DNA from: Candidatus Falkowbacteria bacterium RIFOXYA2_FULL_47_19
Lineage (GTDB): Bacteria > Patescibacteriota > Patescibacteriia > Patescibacteriales > UBA12075
Assembly (NCBI GenBank): GCA_001780275.1
Contig: MFGB01000016.1
Coordinates: 92,161-156,160 of the forward strand
Length of the DNA: 64,000 bases
Reading direction: 5' to 3'
This document shows, piece by piece, positions 18,177 through 27,932 of this stretch (positions are counted from its first letter, which is position 1; each line of letters starts with the position of its first letter). The notes under the pieces were generated by a model that saw nothing but the letters and a program-made list of their open reading frames with translations, searched no databases and had not been told where the DNA came from. The position numbers were made by a program, and so were the translations under genes.

Positions 18177-19259
18177 ATGGATAATTTAGAAAAAAAATTA
18201 AACAATCTCCCTAAGGTGCGCTTAAGACGGCGGGCTGATCTTAAGATAAGATTCCGGCTTTACGCGGCTATTCTTAAAAAAAGATTGGCTCCGGAAAAAA
18301 TGCGTTTTAGCTGGAATTTCCGGGCTTTGGCCGGGTCGGTTTTGTTATTAATATTAATAGTTGTTCCGGGATACGCTTACGCGGGCACGAATGTCGTACC
18401 CGGCGACTTTCTTTATCCGTTAAAAATGAAACTGGAGGAAATCGAGCTTAGTCTGGCCCGAAAAAAGAATAAGGCCGAGATCTACGCTGAGTTGTCGGCT
18501 AAAAGACTGGCTGAAGCGAAAGTCCTCGCGACGACCATAGATAAACCAAAAACGGAAGAAAAAATAAAAATAAACCTGGACAAGGCGCTTTTATTGCGCG
18601 AGCGCGCCATTAGCGGATTTTCGAATTCCGGGTCAACTACCCTCAGAATAAAAGCTCTCAATAGCCAGGAAGAAGCTATGCTAACCGACATAGCGCAAAG
18701 CGCCGGAGTAGGAGCCGAAGATGACCTGATCGACAGTATCGCTCTGGCCTTGGATAAGGTTAAGGGGAGAGATAAAGATAGGGAGGGAGCGGAAAAGCGC
18801 GGACGCTTGGACAAGAGCAATGAACCGGAAAAAGCCGGAACCGAGGTCGAAGGCCGGGAAACTTTTTTCTTAGAAGAAAAAAAAGATCCAGAAGTTTGCG
18901 AGGATTGTGATCGCGATCGTAAAGCCGATGAAAAGAGCCTGATTTCCGATTTTGCGCCCCTAACGACCGGAACCACCACAAAGCGCGATGATAATATTAC
19001 GGATCTCAGGGATAATATTGACCGCCTGACAAAAGACCTTAAAAAGCCGGAATTCGAGCAACAAGACGTGGAAAATCTGATAAATAAAATAAACAATAAA
19101 GTGAAAAGAGCGGAAGAGATCAGGGGAAGCGACCAGGAAGGCGCAAAAAATCTTCTCCGGTCCGCGGAAGCTCTTACTGATAACGCCGAACATTTTATCC
19201 GTAAAAAAGACAAGAACGATGATCGGCGGAAAGAAGAGAGGCGGGAAAAAGAAAAATAA
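18177..19259 (+). CDS. Putative anti-sigma factor / DUF5667-like membrane protein with a highly charged C-terminal region
   Basis: The gene immediately follows the ECF sigma gene. The product has a single TM helix (LAGSVLLLILIVVPGYAYA) and a long Lys/Glu/Asp/Arg-rich tail. Confidence 0.45.
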   Translation: MDNLEKKLNNLPKVRLRRRADLKIRFRLYAAILKKRLAPEKMRFSWNFRALAGSVLLLILIVVPGYAYAGTNVVPGDFLYPLKMKLEEIELSLARKKNKAEIYAELSAKRLAEAKVLATTIDKPKTEEKIKINLDKALLLRERAISGFSNSGSTTLRIKALNSQEEAMLTDIAQSAGVGAEDDLIDSIALALDKVKGRDKDREGAEKRGRLDKSNEPEKAGTEVEGRETFFLEEKKDPEVCEDCDRDRKADEKSLISDFAPLTTGTTTKRDDNITDLRDNIDRLTKDLKKPEFEQQDVENLINKINNKVKRAEEIRGSDQEGAKNLLRSAEALTDNAEHFIRKKDKNDDRRKEERREKEK

Positions 19260-19275
19260 TTTTTTATATATTAAG

Positions 19276-19304
19276 TTGACAAAAAATACCGGCAGGATTA
19301 TCAT
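19276..19304 (+). promoter_or_regulatory. Sigma70-like promoter (TTGACA, 17-nt spacer, TATCAT)
   Basis: TTGACA at 19276-19281 and TATCAT at 19299-19304. It lies upstream of the CBS gene, whose RBS AAAGGAGGGGG is at about 19358. Confidence 0.45.
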
Positions 19305-19375
19305 GGACCTGTCCCTAACCGGTGTTTTTTTATTTTGTGTTCATTCAAAATCGCCTCTTAAAGGAGGGGGCGTGC

Positions 19376-19933
19376 ATGCAAACGTCGATCGTGAAAGATA
19401 TCATGGTTCCTCTTGCCGAGTACGCCGTTATAGGCGAAGACGCGTCTCTTTATGAAGCTATCATCGAATTAAAGCGGGCCCAGGAAAATTTTTCGCGGAA
19501 AAACAGCCTTCATGCCCATCGGGCGATCCTGGTTCGAAATAAAAGCGGCCGCATAATCGGCAAAATAAGCCAGATGGACGCCCTGAAAGCGCTTGAGCCG
19601 AAAGCCCGGAATTTAATAAGCAAAACCGCCCGGCGCATCGGTTTCAGCAAGAACTATCTGGTAAGCACCCACGAACAGTTCCGATTGTGGGATATCCAGA
19701 TTGAGCACATATCCAATCAGGCCAGACACATCCTTGCCAAAGACGCCATGTACGCGTTAACCTCGGGGGAATACATCGATTCCGAAGCCACCTTGGCCGC
19801 GGCCACTCACCAGCTGGCGAGAGGCAATCATCACTCCCTCCTCGTTACGGATAAAAAGAAAAACGTAGTCGGCATCCTCCGTCAGGTTGACGTTTTTACG
19901 GTTGTATTCAGTAATATCGGTCCGATCCAATAA
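19376..19933 (+). CDS. CBS domain pair protein
   Basis: Two CBS-like segments (VKDIMVPLAEYAVIGEDASLYEAI... and ...HHSLLVTDKKKNVVGILRQVDV). The start is chosen at the ATG that follows a strong SD. Confidence 0.7.
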   Translation: MQTSIVKDIMVPLAEYAVIGEDASLYEAIIELKRAQENFSRKNSLHAHRAILVRNKSGRIIGKISQMDALKALEPKARNLISKTARRIGFSKNYLVSTHEQFRLWDIQIEHISNQARHILAKDAMYALTSGEYIDSEATLAAATHQLARGNHHSLLVTDKKKNVVGILRQVDVFTVVFSNIGPIQ

Positions 19934-19941
19934 TAAAAAAT

Positions 19942-19970
19942 CCCCCCGATTGATCCGATCGGGGGTTTTA
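19942..19970 (+). terminator. Rho-independent terminator
   Basis: cccccgat-tgatccg-atcggggg followed by ttttaaat. Confidence 0.65.
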
Positions 19971-20439
19971 AATAGGTTGTATAAATCCAGTCTCAGAATA
20001 TCGTTTAATAAAAAACGTACGCCTTGGGAAGCTTACGTTTTTGTAGACTTATTTAAAGTTATTTTACCTTCGCCATGGTTTTCAGGCATTTAGTGCAAAC
20101 CTTTTTTCTGATTCCGTCGACTTTTTTGCTTTGGAGGTTGATATGCTGGCGCTTGATAGTTTTAATATTGGAATGGGAACGGGCGGCATCCTTCATAGAG
20201 GAGCGTCCGCAGATATCGCATTGTTTTGGCATATTCGAAAAAACAGACGACAGTTAACAGACGATAATTCGTTGCTACGTGTATCTGTGTAATTTTATTT
20301 ATGTTAGAATGTTATCATGTTTTGCCGAAAAAAGCAAGATATGATATATTTAATTAAGCATTAAGGAAAAAATATTAAGATTATCTTGAATATTTTCTTT
20401 GAGTATAAAGCATAAGGTTATTATCATTATTTCAATTAA

Positions 20440-21057
20440 ATGTCTATAGATTTAGCGATTTTCCAGATAATCATATTGGTATTTTCCGCCATAATACACG
20501 AATACATGCATGGCTGGATGGCGGACCGGTTAGGCGATCCGACGGCGCGGGATGCCGGCCGTCTGACCATGAACCCGATAGCTCATATCGATCCTTTTGG
20601 GTCGATTCTTCTGCCGCTGCTTATGATCACCATGAATACCGGTTTCGTATTCGGCTGGGCCAAACCAGTGCCGTTCAATCCTTATAACCTGCGCGACGCC
20701 AAATACGGCCCGGCTAAAGTGGCTATCGCCGGCCCTCTGGGCAATTTGATAACCGCCCTGTTTTTCGGACTTATCTTAAGGTTTTCCCCCCTGCCTAACC
20801 CTACCCTAGGGGCTTTATTGGCTCTGATCGTCTGGATCAACCTGTTGCTTATGGTTTTTAATTTGGTGCCGATACCGCCCATGGACGGTTCGAAGGTAAT
20901 TGCCCCCTTTTTGCCCGTAAGCTGGCAGAACCGTTTCGCGGAAGCGGAGCGTTACGGTATGTTTTTAGTGCTTTTATTCGTAATTTTCGGTTTTTTCCTT
21001 ATAGTTCCGATAATCGATCTTTTATTCAAATTAATAGCGGGTTTCCCGCTGTATTAA
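20440..21057 (+). CDS. Site-2 protease family (M50) zinc metallopeptidase
   Basis: HExxH motif HEYMH in the first TM helix. The product is polytopic and carries a second conserved metal-ligand Asp region (NLVPIPPMDG). Confidence 0.8.
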   Translation: MSIDLAIFQIIILVFSAIIHEYMHGWMADRLGDPTARDAGRLTMNPIAHIDPFGSILLPLLMITMNTGFVFGWAKPVPFNPYNLRDAKYGPAKVAIAGPLGNLITALFFGLILRFSPLPNPTLGALLALIVWINLLLMVFNLVPIPPMDGSKVIAPFLPVSWQNRFAEAERYGMFLVLLFVIFGFFLIVPIIDLLFKLIAGFPLY

Positions 21058-21320
21058 TTTGCGTTTTCGGACAATATGTACAGTAATTAAAACTAAGTTA
21101 ACGATTATTTCGGTTTATTAAAAATTTATTTTATATTAGATAAAAAATAATTTATTTTTGGCCTGGATTTTCTTCTCTTGACTAATTTTTATTAATTTGA
21201 TACATTAGAATAAATCTCATAGACAAAAGAATCCCTGTTTATAGGGGTTGTTTTATTAACAGTTGTCGCCCCGCGGGCGAGCTCCACCACAAAACGGGGT
21301 AAACGCGAATAATAATAAAT

Positions 21321-21740
21321 ATGCCAACAGTAAACCAATTAGTTAAAAAGGGAAGAGTAAAAGTAATCAAGAAGAGCAAATATCCGGCCATGCAAACTAC
21401 GCTGGACACTTTACATAGGAAAAGGACCGAGCTTCGCAAAGGCGCCCCCTTTAAACGCGGCGTTTGCCTTAAGGTAACCACTACCACTCCGAAAAAGCCG
21501 AACTCGGCTTTACGGAAGATCGCTCGCGTCCGCCTTTCGAACGGCATGGAAGTAACCGCCTATATTCCCGGCATCGGTCATAATCTCCAGGAGCATTCGA
21601 TCGTTCTTGTAAAAGCCGGCCGTACAGCCGATCTTCCGGGCGTGCGTTATAAGATCATACGCGGGGTTTACGATACTACCGGCGTTGAAAACCGCAAACA
21701 ATCCCGGAGCATTTACGGCGCCAAAAGAGCTAAAAAATAA
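21321..21740 (+). CDS. rpsL: 30S ribosomal protein S12
   Basis: [11 protein letters not shown]...[37 protein letters not shown]... Confidence 0.92.
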   Translation: MPTVNQLVKKGRVKVIKKSKYPAMQTTLDTLHRKRTELRKGAPFKRGVCLKVTTTTPKKPNSALRKIARVRLSNGMEVTAYIPGIGHNLQEHSIVLVKAGRTADLPGVRYKIIRGVYDTTGVENRKQSRSIYGAKRAKK

Positions 21741-21765
21741 TTATATAAATTCGATATAAACCAAT

Positions 21766-22233
21766 ATGAGAGGAAAACCAGCCATTAAGAGAAAAATCGA
21801 GGGGGATAGCCGGTATAACGATACCGATATTTCCAAGTTCATAAATTATATCATGCAAAGAGGCAAGAAAACCGTAGCCCAGAATATCGTTTACGGTGCT
21901 TTTGAAGTAATTAAAGAAAAAACCAAGCAGGATCCCAGACATATATTCAATAAAGCCTTAAAGAAGATTTCTCCGACCCTGGAGGTCCGCGGTCGGCGTA
22001 TCGGCGGCGCCAACTACCAGATTCCTTACCAGGTGCGGGGGGACCGGCGGTTTACTTTAGGCTGCCGCTGGCTTATTGGCGCGGCTAAAGAGAGAAAAGG
22101 GAAGCCGATGTACGTTAAACTGGCCGACGAAATATTAGCCGCCTCCGAAGGAGAGGGTGCCGCTATCAAAAAGAAAGAAACCGTCCACAAGATGGCCGAA
22201 TCGAATCGCGCTTTCGCGCATTTCGCCCGTTAA
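21766..22233 (+). CDS. rpsG: 30S ribosomal protein S7
   Basis: A conserved S7 signature (the KRE/GKK region) and the canonical position after rpsL. Confidence 0.92.
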   Translation: MRGKPAIKRKIEGDSRYNDTDISKFINYIMQRGKKTVAQNIVYGAFEVIKEKTKQDPRHIFNKALKKISPTLEVRGRRIGGANYQIPYQVRGDRRFTLGCRWLIGAAKERKGKPMYVKLADEILAASEGEGAAIKKKETVHKMAESNRAFAHFAR

Positions 22234-22276
22234 TTCATTTTCTTTATATAGGTTGTTTGATATAAATATAAAAACG

Positions 22277-22311
22277 GCGCGCTGCCCCGATCTATGGCAG
22301 CTCGTTTTTTT
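22277..22311 (+). terminator. Terminator/attenuator-like hairpin between rpsG and fusA
   Basis: gcgctgcc ... ggcagctcg stem with one mismatch, followed by a T7 tract. Confidence 0.45.
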
Positions 22312-22405
22312 GGAACTGGCAAGACAAGCGAAAAACGTTCATAAAATAATAGCTTTAAAAATAAATAGCATATTTGAAAGTTTTTAAAGTTCTTAAATTT
22401 AAAAT

Positions 22406-24496
22406 ATGGCACGAGAATATAGTTTAGAAAAAACCAGGAATATCGGCATCATGGCGCATATTGATGCCGGCAAGACCACCTTTACGGAGCGGGTGCTTTT
22501 TTATACCGGCAAGAAGCATAAGATCGGAGAGGTGCACGAAGGGGCCGCCGAAATGGACTGGATGGAACAGGAAAAAGAGCGCGGCATTACCATTACTTCA
22601 GCCGCCACCACCGCTTTTTGGAAGAATCATCGCATCAATATAATAGATACCCCCGGCCACGTTGATTTTACGGTGGAAGTGGAGCGGTCGCTTCGGGTCC
22701 TGGACGGCGCTATTGCCGTTTTCGACGGTTCCGCCGGAGTCGAACCCCAGTCCGAAACGGTCTGGCGGCAGGCCGATAAGTACCATGTGCCCAGGCTTTG
22801 TTTCGTGAATAAAATGGATAAATTAGGGGCCGATTTTTTCATGAGCCTGAACTCTATCCGGGAAAGGCTAAACTCTAAGGCTCTCGCTTTTCAATTGCCG
22901 ATCGGCGCCGAAAATACGATGAAAGGCGTGGTCGATCTTTTGACCCGGAAAGCCTATGAGTTCAAGGGTAATTTCGGAGAGCAGGTCGCTGAGGTGCCGG
23001 TTCCGGACGACATGAAAGATAATATGGAAAAATACCGCAATGAACTAGTCGAACGGGTGGCCGAATGCGACGATAAATTGACGGAAAAATATTTAAGCGG
23101 AGAAGAATTGAGCGTGGAAGAATTAAAGGCGGCGGCCCGCAAGGGAGTGGTTACCGCTGAATTATTCCCGGTATTCGCCGGTACAGCTCTCCAGAATATC
23201 GGCGTGCAGCTGGCTTTGGACGCGGTCATCGATTACTTGCCTTCGCCGATCGACGTGCCGCCGATAATCGGGCATGACACGAAAGACGAGGAAAAGAAGA
23301 TAGAGATAACCGCCAACGACGGCGCTCCTTTTGCCGGCCTGGCGTTCAAGATCGCGACGGATCCTTTCGTGGGAAAATTATGCTTTGTCCGGGTTTATCA
23401 GGGGGTGCTTTCCGCCGGTTCTTACGTATTAAATTCCTCGACCGGCAAAAAAGAACGCATCGGCCGTTTGGTCAGGATGCACGCCAATCATCGGGAAGAG
23501 ATCAAAGAGGTTTACGCCGGGGATATCGCGGCCGTCATCGGGCTTAAGGGTACGACCACCGGACATACTTTATGCGACGAGGACCGCCAGGTTCTTTTGG
23601 AATCCATTAAGTTCCCGGAACCGGTCATTAAGATCGCCGTGGAACCCAAAACCAAGGTTGATCAGGAAAAAATGGGCGTCGCTCTCCAGAAGCTGGCCGA
23701 AGAGGATCCGACTTTCCGGGTTGAAACCGACGAAGAAACCAACCAGACCCTTATTTCGGGTATGGGTGAATTACACCTGGACATTATCGTGGATCGCATG
23801 AAACGGGAATTTAAGGTTGAAGCCAATATCGGCAAGCCGCAGGTGTCTTACCGCGAGACCATCAGGCAGATGGCGGAAACCGAAAGTAAATATATCAAGC
23901 AATCCGGCGGCCGCGGTCAATACGGCCATTGCTGGCTCAGGGTAGAACCGAATACGGAAGAAAAGAAGAACGAGTTCGTGGACGCCATCAAAGGCGGAGT
24001 TATTCCAAGAGAGTTCATTCCGGCCATCCAGAAAGGCGTTGTTGAAGCGGCTGATCAGGGCGTAATGGCCGGCTATCCGATGGTGAACATAAAAACGACC
24101 GTTTTTGACGGTTCTTATCACGAAGTTGATTCGTCCGAAGCGTCTTTCAAGATGGCGGCTATATTGGGTTTTAAGGAAGCTTGCCGCAAGGCCAGTCCGA
24201 CCCTTCTGGAACCGGTCATGAAAGTAGAGGTGGTCACGCCGGAGGAATATATGGGCAACGTTATCGGCGACCTGAATTCGAAACGGGGTCAGATCGGACA
24301 GATGACCAACCGTATTAATGTTAAGGTAATTGACGCGATGGTGCCTTTAGCGGAGATGTTCGGCTATGCTACCGCTTTAAGATCGATGAGCCAGGGACGG
24401 GCCCAGTATACCATGGAGTTCGACCATTACGCGGAAGTGCCGAAAAACGTGGCGGAAACGATCATCGGCGAAAGAGGCGGAAGCCGGAGAGGATAG
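22406..24496 (+). CDS. fusA: Elongation factor G
   Basis: G-domain motifs AHIDAGKTT and DTPGHVDF. The 696-aa length is typical of EF-G. Confidence 0.95.
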   Translation: MAREYSLEKTRNIGIMAHIDAGKTTFTERVLFYTGKKHKIGEVHEGAAEMDWMEQEKERGITITSAATTAFWKNHRINIIDTPGHVDFTVEVERSLRVLDGAIAVFDGSAGVEPQSETVWRQADKYHVPRLCFVNKMDKLGADFFMSLNSIRERLNSKALAFQLPIGAENTMKGVVDLLTRKAYEFKGNFGEQVAEVPVPDDMKDNMEKYRNELVERVAECDDKLTEKYLSGEELSVEELKAAARKGVVTAELFPVFAGTALQNIGVQLALDAVIDYLPSPIDVPPIIGHDTKDEEKKIEITANDGAPFAGLAFKIATDPFVGKLCFVRVYQGVLSAGSYVLNSSTGKKERIGRLVRMHANHREEIKEVYAGDIAAVIGLKGTTTGHTLCDEDRQVLLESIKFPEPVIKIAVEPKTKVDQEKMGVALQKLAEEDPTFRVETDEETNQTLISGMGELHLDIIVDRMKREFKVEANIGKPQVSYRETIRQMAETESKYIKQSGGRGQYGHCWLRVEPNTEEKKNEFVDAIKGGVIPREFIPAIQKGVVEAADQGVMAGYPMVNIKTTVFDGSYHEVDSSEASFKMAAILGFKEACRKASPTLLEPVMKVEVVTPEEYMGNVIGDLNSKRGQIGQMTNRINVKVIDAMVPLAEMFGYATALRSMSQGRAQYTMEFDHYAEVPKNVAETIIGERGGSRRG

Positions 24497-24510
24497 GGGT
24501 AGAAACGGGC

Positions 24511-24539
24511 TTGACATTAAATTTTTAATGTTATAAAAT
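24511..24539 (+). promoter_or_regulatory. Sigma70-like promoter (TTGACA, 17-nt spacer, TAAAAT) for the inserted gene
   Basis: TTGACA at 24511-24516 and TAAAAT at 24534-24539. Confidence 0.45.
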
Positions 24540-24575
24540 AAAACCAGGCTATTTTAACATCAGAATAGATACTAT

Positions 24576-25082
24576 ATGTCGAATCAATTGCAAAAAGCGA
24601 TAAAATTAGCCAAAAAAACAGGAGATAGGTTAATAATTTTCGATTCCGGCAAGACCGATAACGCCTATGTGGTCATGTCCCTGGACGAGTACGAAAAATT
24701 AATTGTAGGTGGTAGTGAAGTAAGGGGATTGACAGAAGATGAATTACTTGATAAGATAAATCGCGACATCGCTATTTGGAAAAGTGAACAGGATTTTGAC
24801 GATTATAAACCGCGTAACAGCCATGGCCGGGATATAAGGGGGATCGAAGAATATAAAAGGACCTACCAAAAAGACGGATATGCCCCTAAGCCGGATTATT
24901 CGCGCCTGGAAGAGGATCGGAGCCGTAAAATATCATATCCTGAAACCGACAATGAACAGGAAAAATCCGCGGAAGTTTACGGTAAAAAAAGACATTGGAT
25001 GATCCCCCGCGAGCGGAAAGAGGGAGCGGAAGAGATAATCGAAGAAGATCGCCAGTATCTGGAAGATGTCGATAATTTTTAA
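24576..25082 (+). CDS. Hypothetical protein inserted between fusA and tuf; N-terminal region is Phd/YefM-antitoxin-like (inference), C-terminal part is charged and low-complexity
   Basis: The 168-aa product has an N-terminus LIIFDSGKTDNAYVVMSLDEYEKL that resembles the Phd/YefM beta-alpha pattern. The gene has its own promoter. Confidence 0.45.
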   Translation: MSNQLQKAIKLAKKTGDRLIIFDSGKTDNAYVVMSLDEYEKLIVGGSEVRGLTEDELLDKINRDIAIWKSEQDFDDYKPRNSHGRDIRGIEEYKRTYQKDGYAPKPDYSRLEEDRSRKISYPETDNEQEKSAEVYGKKRHWMIPRERKEGAEEIIEEDRQYLEDVDNF

Positions 25083-25206
25083 AACATAAATAAATTTTTA
25101 TAAACTTTAATTTATTACGGCTGGGTAGTAACCCCGCAAAATTTGAGGCGCAGGGATCGCGTTTCGATCCTTCTCAAATTTGACGTGGGGGCCGTAGGCA
25201 AGAAAC

Positions 25207-26397
25207 ATGGCAGCAGAAAAATTCGAAAGATCAAAACCTCATGTCAACATCGGCACCATCGGCCACGTTGACCACGGTAAAACCACCTTAACGGCGGCCA
25301 TTCTCAAGGTAATGGCTTCGAAGGGTTTTAAGGCTTCCACCAAGAACGTCGACCAGATCGATGCCGCTCCGGAAGAAAAAGCCCGCGGTATCACGATTGC
25401 GACCGCTCACGTCGAATATGAATCGGAAAAACGCCATTATGCCCACGTAGATTGTCCCGGACACGCTGATTACGTCAAAAATATGATCACCGGCGCGGCG
25501 CAGATGGATGGAGCTATCTTGGTCGTAGCCGCTACCGACGGCCCGATGCCGCAGACCCGGGAGCATATCCTCCTGGCCCGCCAGGTAGGCGTACCGAATA
25601 TCGTTGTTTTCCTTAATAAGTGCGACATGGTGGAAGACAAGGAATTGATCGATCTCGTAGAGGAAGAGATCCGCGATCTTCTTAAAAAATACGAATTTGA
25701 CGGCGATAACATAAAAATAGTCAGGGGTTCCGCCTTAAAGGCCCTGGAGAATCCGGCAAGCGAAGACGGCGAAGCCGTTTTCAACCTGATCAAAGCGGTT
25801 GATGAAACTTTCCCGGAACCGATTCGCGACATAGAACATCCGTACCTTATGCCGATCGAAGACGTGTTTTCGATCGAAGGGCGCGGCACGGTCGTAACCG
25901 GCAGGATCGAACGCGGTATAGTCAAGATCAATGAAGAGGTGGAGATCATCGGTTTGGGAGAAACCAGGAAAACCGTAGTTACCGGCATCGAGATGTTCAA
26001 TAAGCAATTGGACGAAGGCCGGGCCGGAGATAACGCCGGCATTCTTCTCCGCGGCATAAAGAAAAATGAAGTGGAAAGAGGCCAGGTGCTAGCCAAGCCG
26101 GGTAGCGTTACCCCGCACACCGAATTCGAGGCCCAGGTTTATATACTTTCCAAGGAAGAAGGCGGACGCCACAAGCCGTTTTTCAAGGGCTATAAGCCGC
26201 AGTTCTATATCCGCACCACGGACGTTACCGGAGAAGTGGAATTGCCGGAAGGCACTGAGATGGTCATGCCGGGCGATACGATTAATTTCAAGGTAAAGTT
26301 GATCAGTCCGGTGGCTCTTGAAGAAAAACAGAGATTCGCCATTCGCGAAGGCGGCCGGACCGTAGGCGCCGGAGCCGTTGTTAAGATCATTAAGTAA
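25207..26397 (+). CDS. tuf: Elongation factor Tu
   Basis: [21 protein letters not shown] and NKCD motifs. The product is 396 aa. Confidence 0.97.
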   Translation: MAAEKFERSKPHVNIGTIGHVDHGKTTLTAAILKVMASKGFKASTKNVDQIDAAPEEKARGITIATAHVEYESEKRHYAHVDCPGHADYVKNMITGAAQMDGAILVVAATDGPMPQTREHILLARQVGVPNIVVFLNKCDMVEDKELIDLVEEEIRDLLKKYEFDGDNIKIVRGSALKALENPASEDGEAVFNLIKAVDETFPEPIRDIEHPYLMPIEDVFSIEGRGTVVTGRIERGIVKINEEVEIIGLGETRKTVVTGIEMFNKQLDEGRAGDNAGILLRGIKKNEVERGQVLAKPGSVTPHTEFEAQVYILSKEEGGRHKPFFKGYKPQFYIRTTDVTGEVELPEGTEMVMPGDTINFKVKLISPVALEEKQRFAIREGGRTVGAGAVVKIIK

Positions 26398-26516
26398 AGA
26401 TTAGATACAGGGTCCCTCTTTTTAAGAGGGGGATCCGCACCTAATTTTTAATTATTGGTTATTAGTCAATTAGTTAAACGGACAATAATTGTTAACTTAA
26501 CTAAAACGCACATAAC

Positions 26517-26891
26517 ATGCCAGAAGACAAAGTTAAATCAATAAGCAAAAAGGGAGAATCCGAAGCCGACGGCGGCCATAACGAATCCAAGCAGAAGATC
26601 CGCATCAAAATAAAGGCTTTCGACCACAAGATAATCGATCAGTCGACCAAGACCATTATCGATACCGCCACCAGGAGCGGCGCCCAGGTATTCGGTCCGA
26701 TCCCGCTTCCGACCACGAAGAAGAAATATACGGTAAACCGTTCGACCTTCGTCCATAAGAATGCCCGCGACCAATATGAAATGAGGACGCATAAGCGGCT
26801 TATAGATATAATCGAACCGACCGCCAAGACCATCGAAGATCTGACCAACTTAGGCTTACCGGCCGGAGTGGACGTTGAAATAAAAATGTAA
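26517..26891 (+). CDS. rpsJ: 30S ribosomal protein S10 with about 25-aa N-terminal extension
   Basis: [19 protein letters not shown]...RTHKRLIDI. Confidence 0.9.
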   Translation: MPEDKVKSISKKGESEADGGHNESKQKIRIKIKAFDHKIIDQSTKTIIDTATRSGAQVFGPIPLPTTKKKYTVNRSTFVHKNARDQYEMRTHKRLIDIIEPTAKTIEDLTNLGLPAGVDVEIKM

Positions 26892-27141
26892 GAGTTATCA
26901 TAATTTGTATTTTTATATATTATAGATAATAGTGATCGTTGCGGTAACTCCCGAACACAAACGACCGGGAAAGTGCCGTAATAAGAATTATTATCGACAG
27001 GAGGAAATAAACCAACATAAGAAACACGAACTTAAATTTCGGTAAAACGATTTTTTGTGCTAAATAAATTTAGCAAGTTCGCTGGTTTTGTTGCAAGACC
27101 AGTTTTTGTTTTAAAAAATAGGGAATTTTCAATATATATTT

Positions 27142-27927
27142 ATGAAATTCATCATAGGCAAAAAAATAGATATGACCCAGATTTGGCAAGGAGAAGAGGC
27201 CAAGGCGGTAACGCGCGTAAAAGCCGGTCCATGTCCGGTGGTTCAGGTAAAGCGTCGTGATAAGGACGGATATGAAGCCGTGCAGCTCGGATTTGGCGAA
27301 AGGAAAGAAAAGAATATTAAAAAGCCGCAAAAGAACCATGCGCGGGGATTGGGCAATTTAAGGAATTTGCGGGAATTTAATTTATCGCGCCCCAAGAAAA
27401 ATGACGGTTTGGAATTAGATCTCAAACGGGGGGATATTATCGGAGTTGACACTTTCGCGGCCGGGGATATCGTCCAGGTTACCGGCACTTCCAAGGGAAA
27501 AGGATTTCAGGGCGTCGTCAAAAGGCACGGTTTTCACGGGCACAATACTACTCACGGCACGAAAGATCAGGTGCGCCACTCCGGTTCGATCAGCGCCGGC
27601 GGCGTACAGCATGTTTTTAAAGGTATGAGGATGAGCGGCCGGATGGGCGGCGACCAGGTAACGGTTAAAAATCTGCGGATCATAGAAGTCGATGCGGCCA
27701 ACGGTATATTATCGATCGAGGGAGCCATTCCCGGAGCGAGGAACGGCTTGGTACTGATACAGGGAAACGGAAAGCTGGAAATAAGAAAAAAGGAAGAAGC
27801 TAAAGAAACAAAAAAAGATAACATTGATAATAATACGGATGAAGCCGTCGCGTCGGTAACGGAGGAAAAAGAGTCTCCGGCTGGCGAAAAAGCGGAAGCG
27901 GACGATAAAAAAGAGGATAAAAAGTAA
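27142..27927 (+). CDS. rplC: 50S ribosomal protein L3 with Lys/Glu-rich C-terminal tail
   Basis: The L3 core (GKKIDMTQIW...GTSKGKGFQGVVKRHGF) plus an extension of about 55 aa. Confidence 0.9.
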   Translation: MKFIIGKKIDMTQIWQGEEAKAVTRVKAGPCPVVQVKRRDKDGYEAVQLGFGERKEKNIKKPQKNHARGLGNLRNLREFNLSRPKKNDGLELDLKRGDIIGVDTFAAGDIVQVTGTSKGKGFQGVVKRHGFHGHNTTHGTKDQVRHSGSISAGGVQHVFKGMRMSGRMGGDQVTVKNLRIIEVDAANGILSIEGAIPGARNGLVLIQGNGKLEIRKKEEAKETKKDNIDNNTDEAVASVTEEKESPAGEKAEADDKKEDKK

Positions 27928-27932
27928 CCCAT

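Noticed and set aside
18482-19213. 243-aa ORF on the minus strand
   Set aside because: It is antisense to the putative anti-sigma gene. Ser/Leu/Arg-rich shadow ORF.
25120-25185. tRNA-like hairpin (GGATC-GCGTTTC-GATCC) before tuf, where tRNA genes often sit
   Set aside because: The 7-nt loop is not a TPsiC-type loop, and no acceptor, D or anticodon arms can be built on either strand. I kept it as a leader structure only.
25470-26120. 216-aa ORF on the minus strand
   Set aside because: It is antisense inside tuf; EF-Tu is unambiguous.
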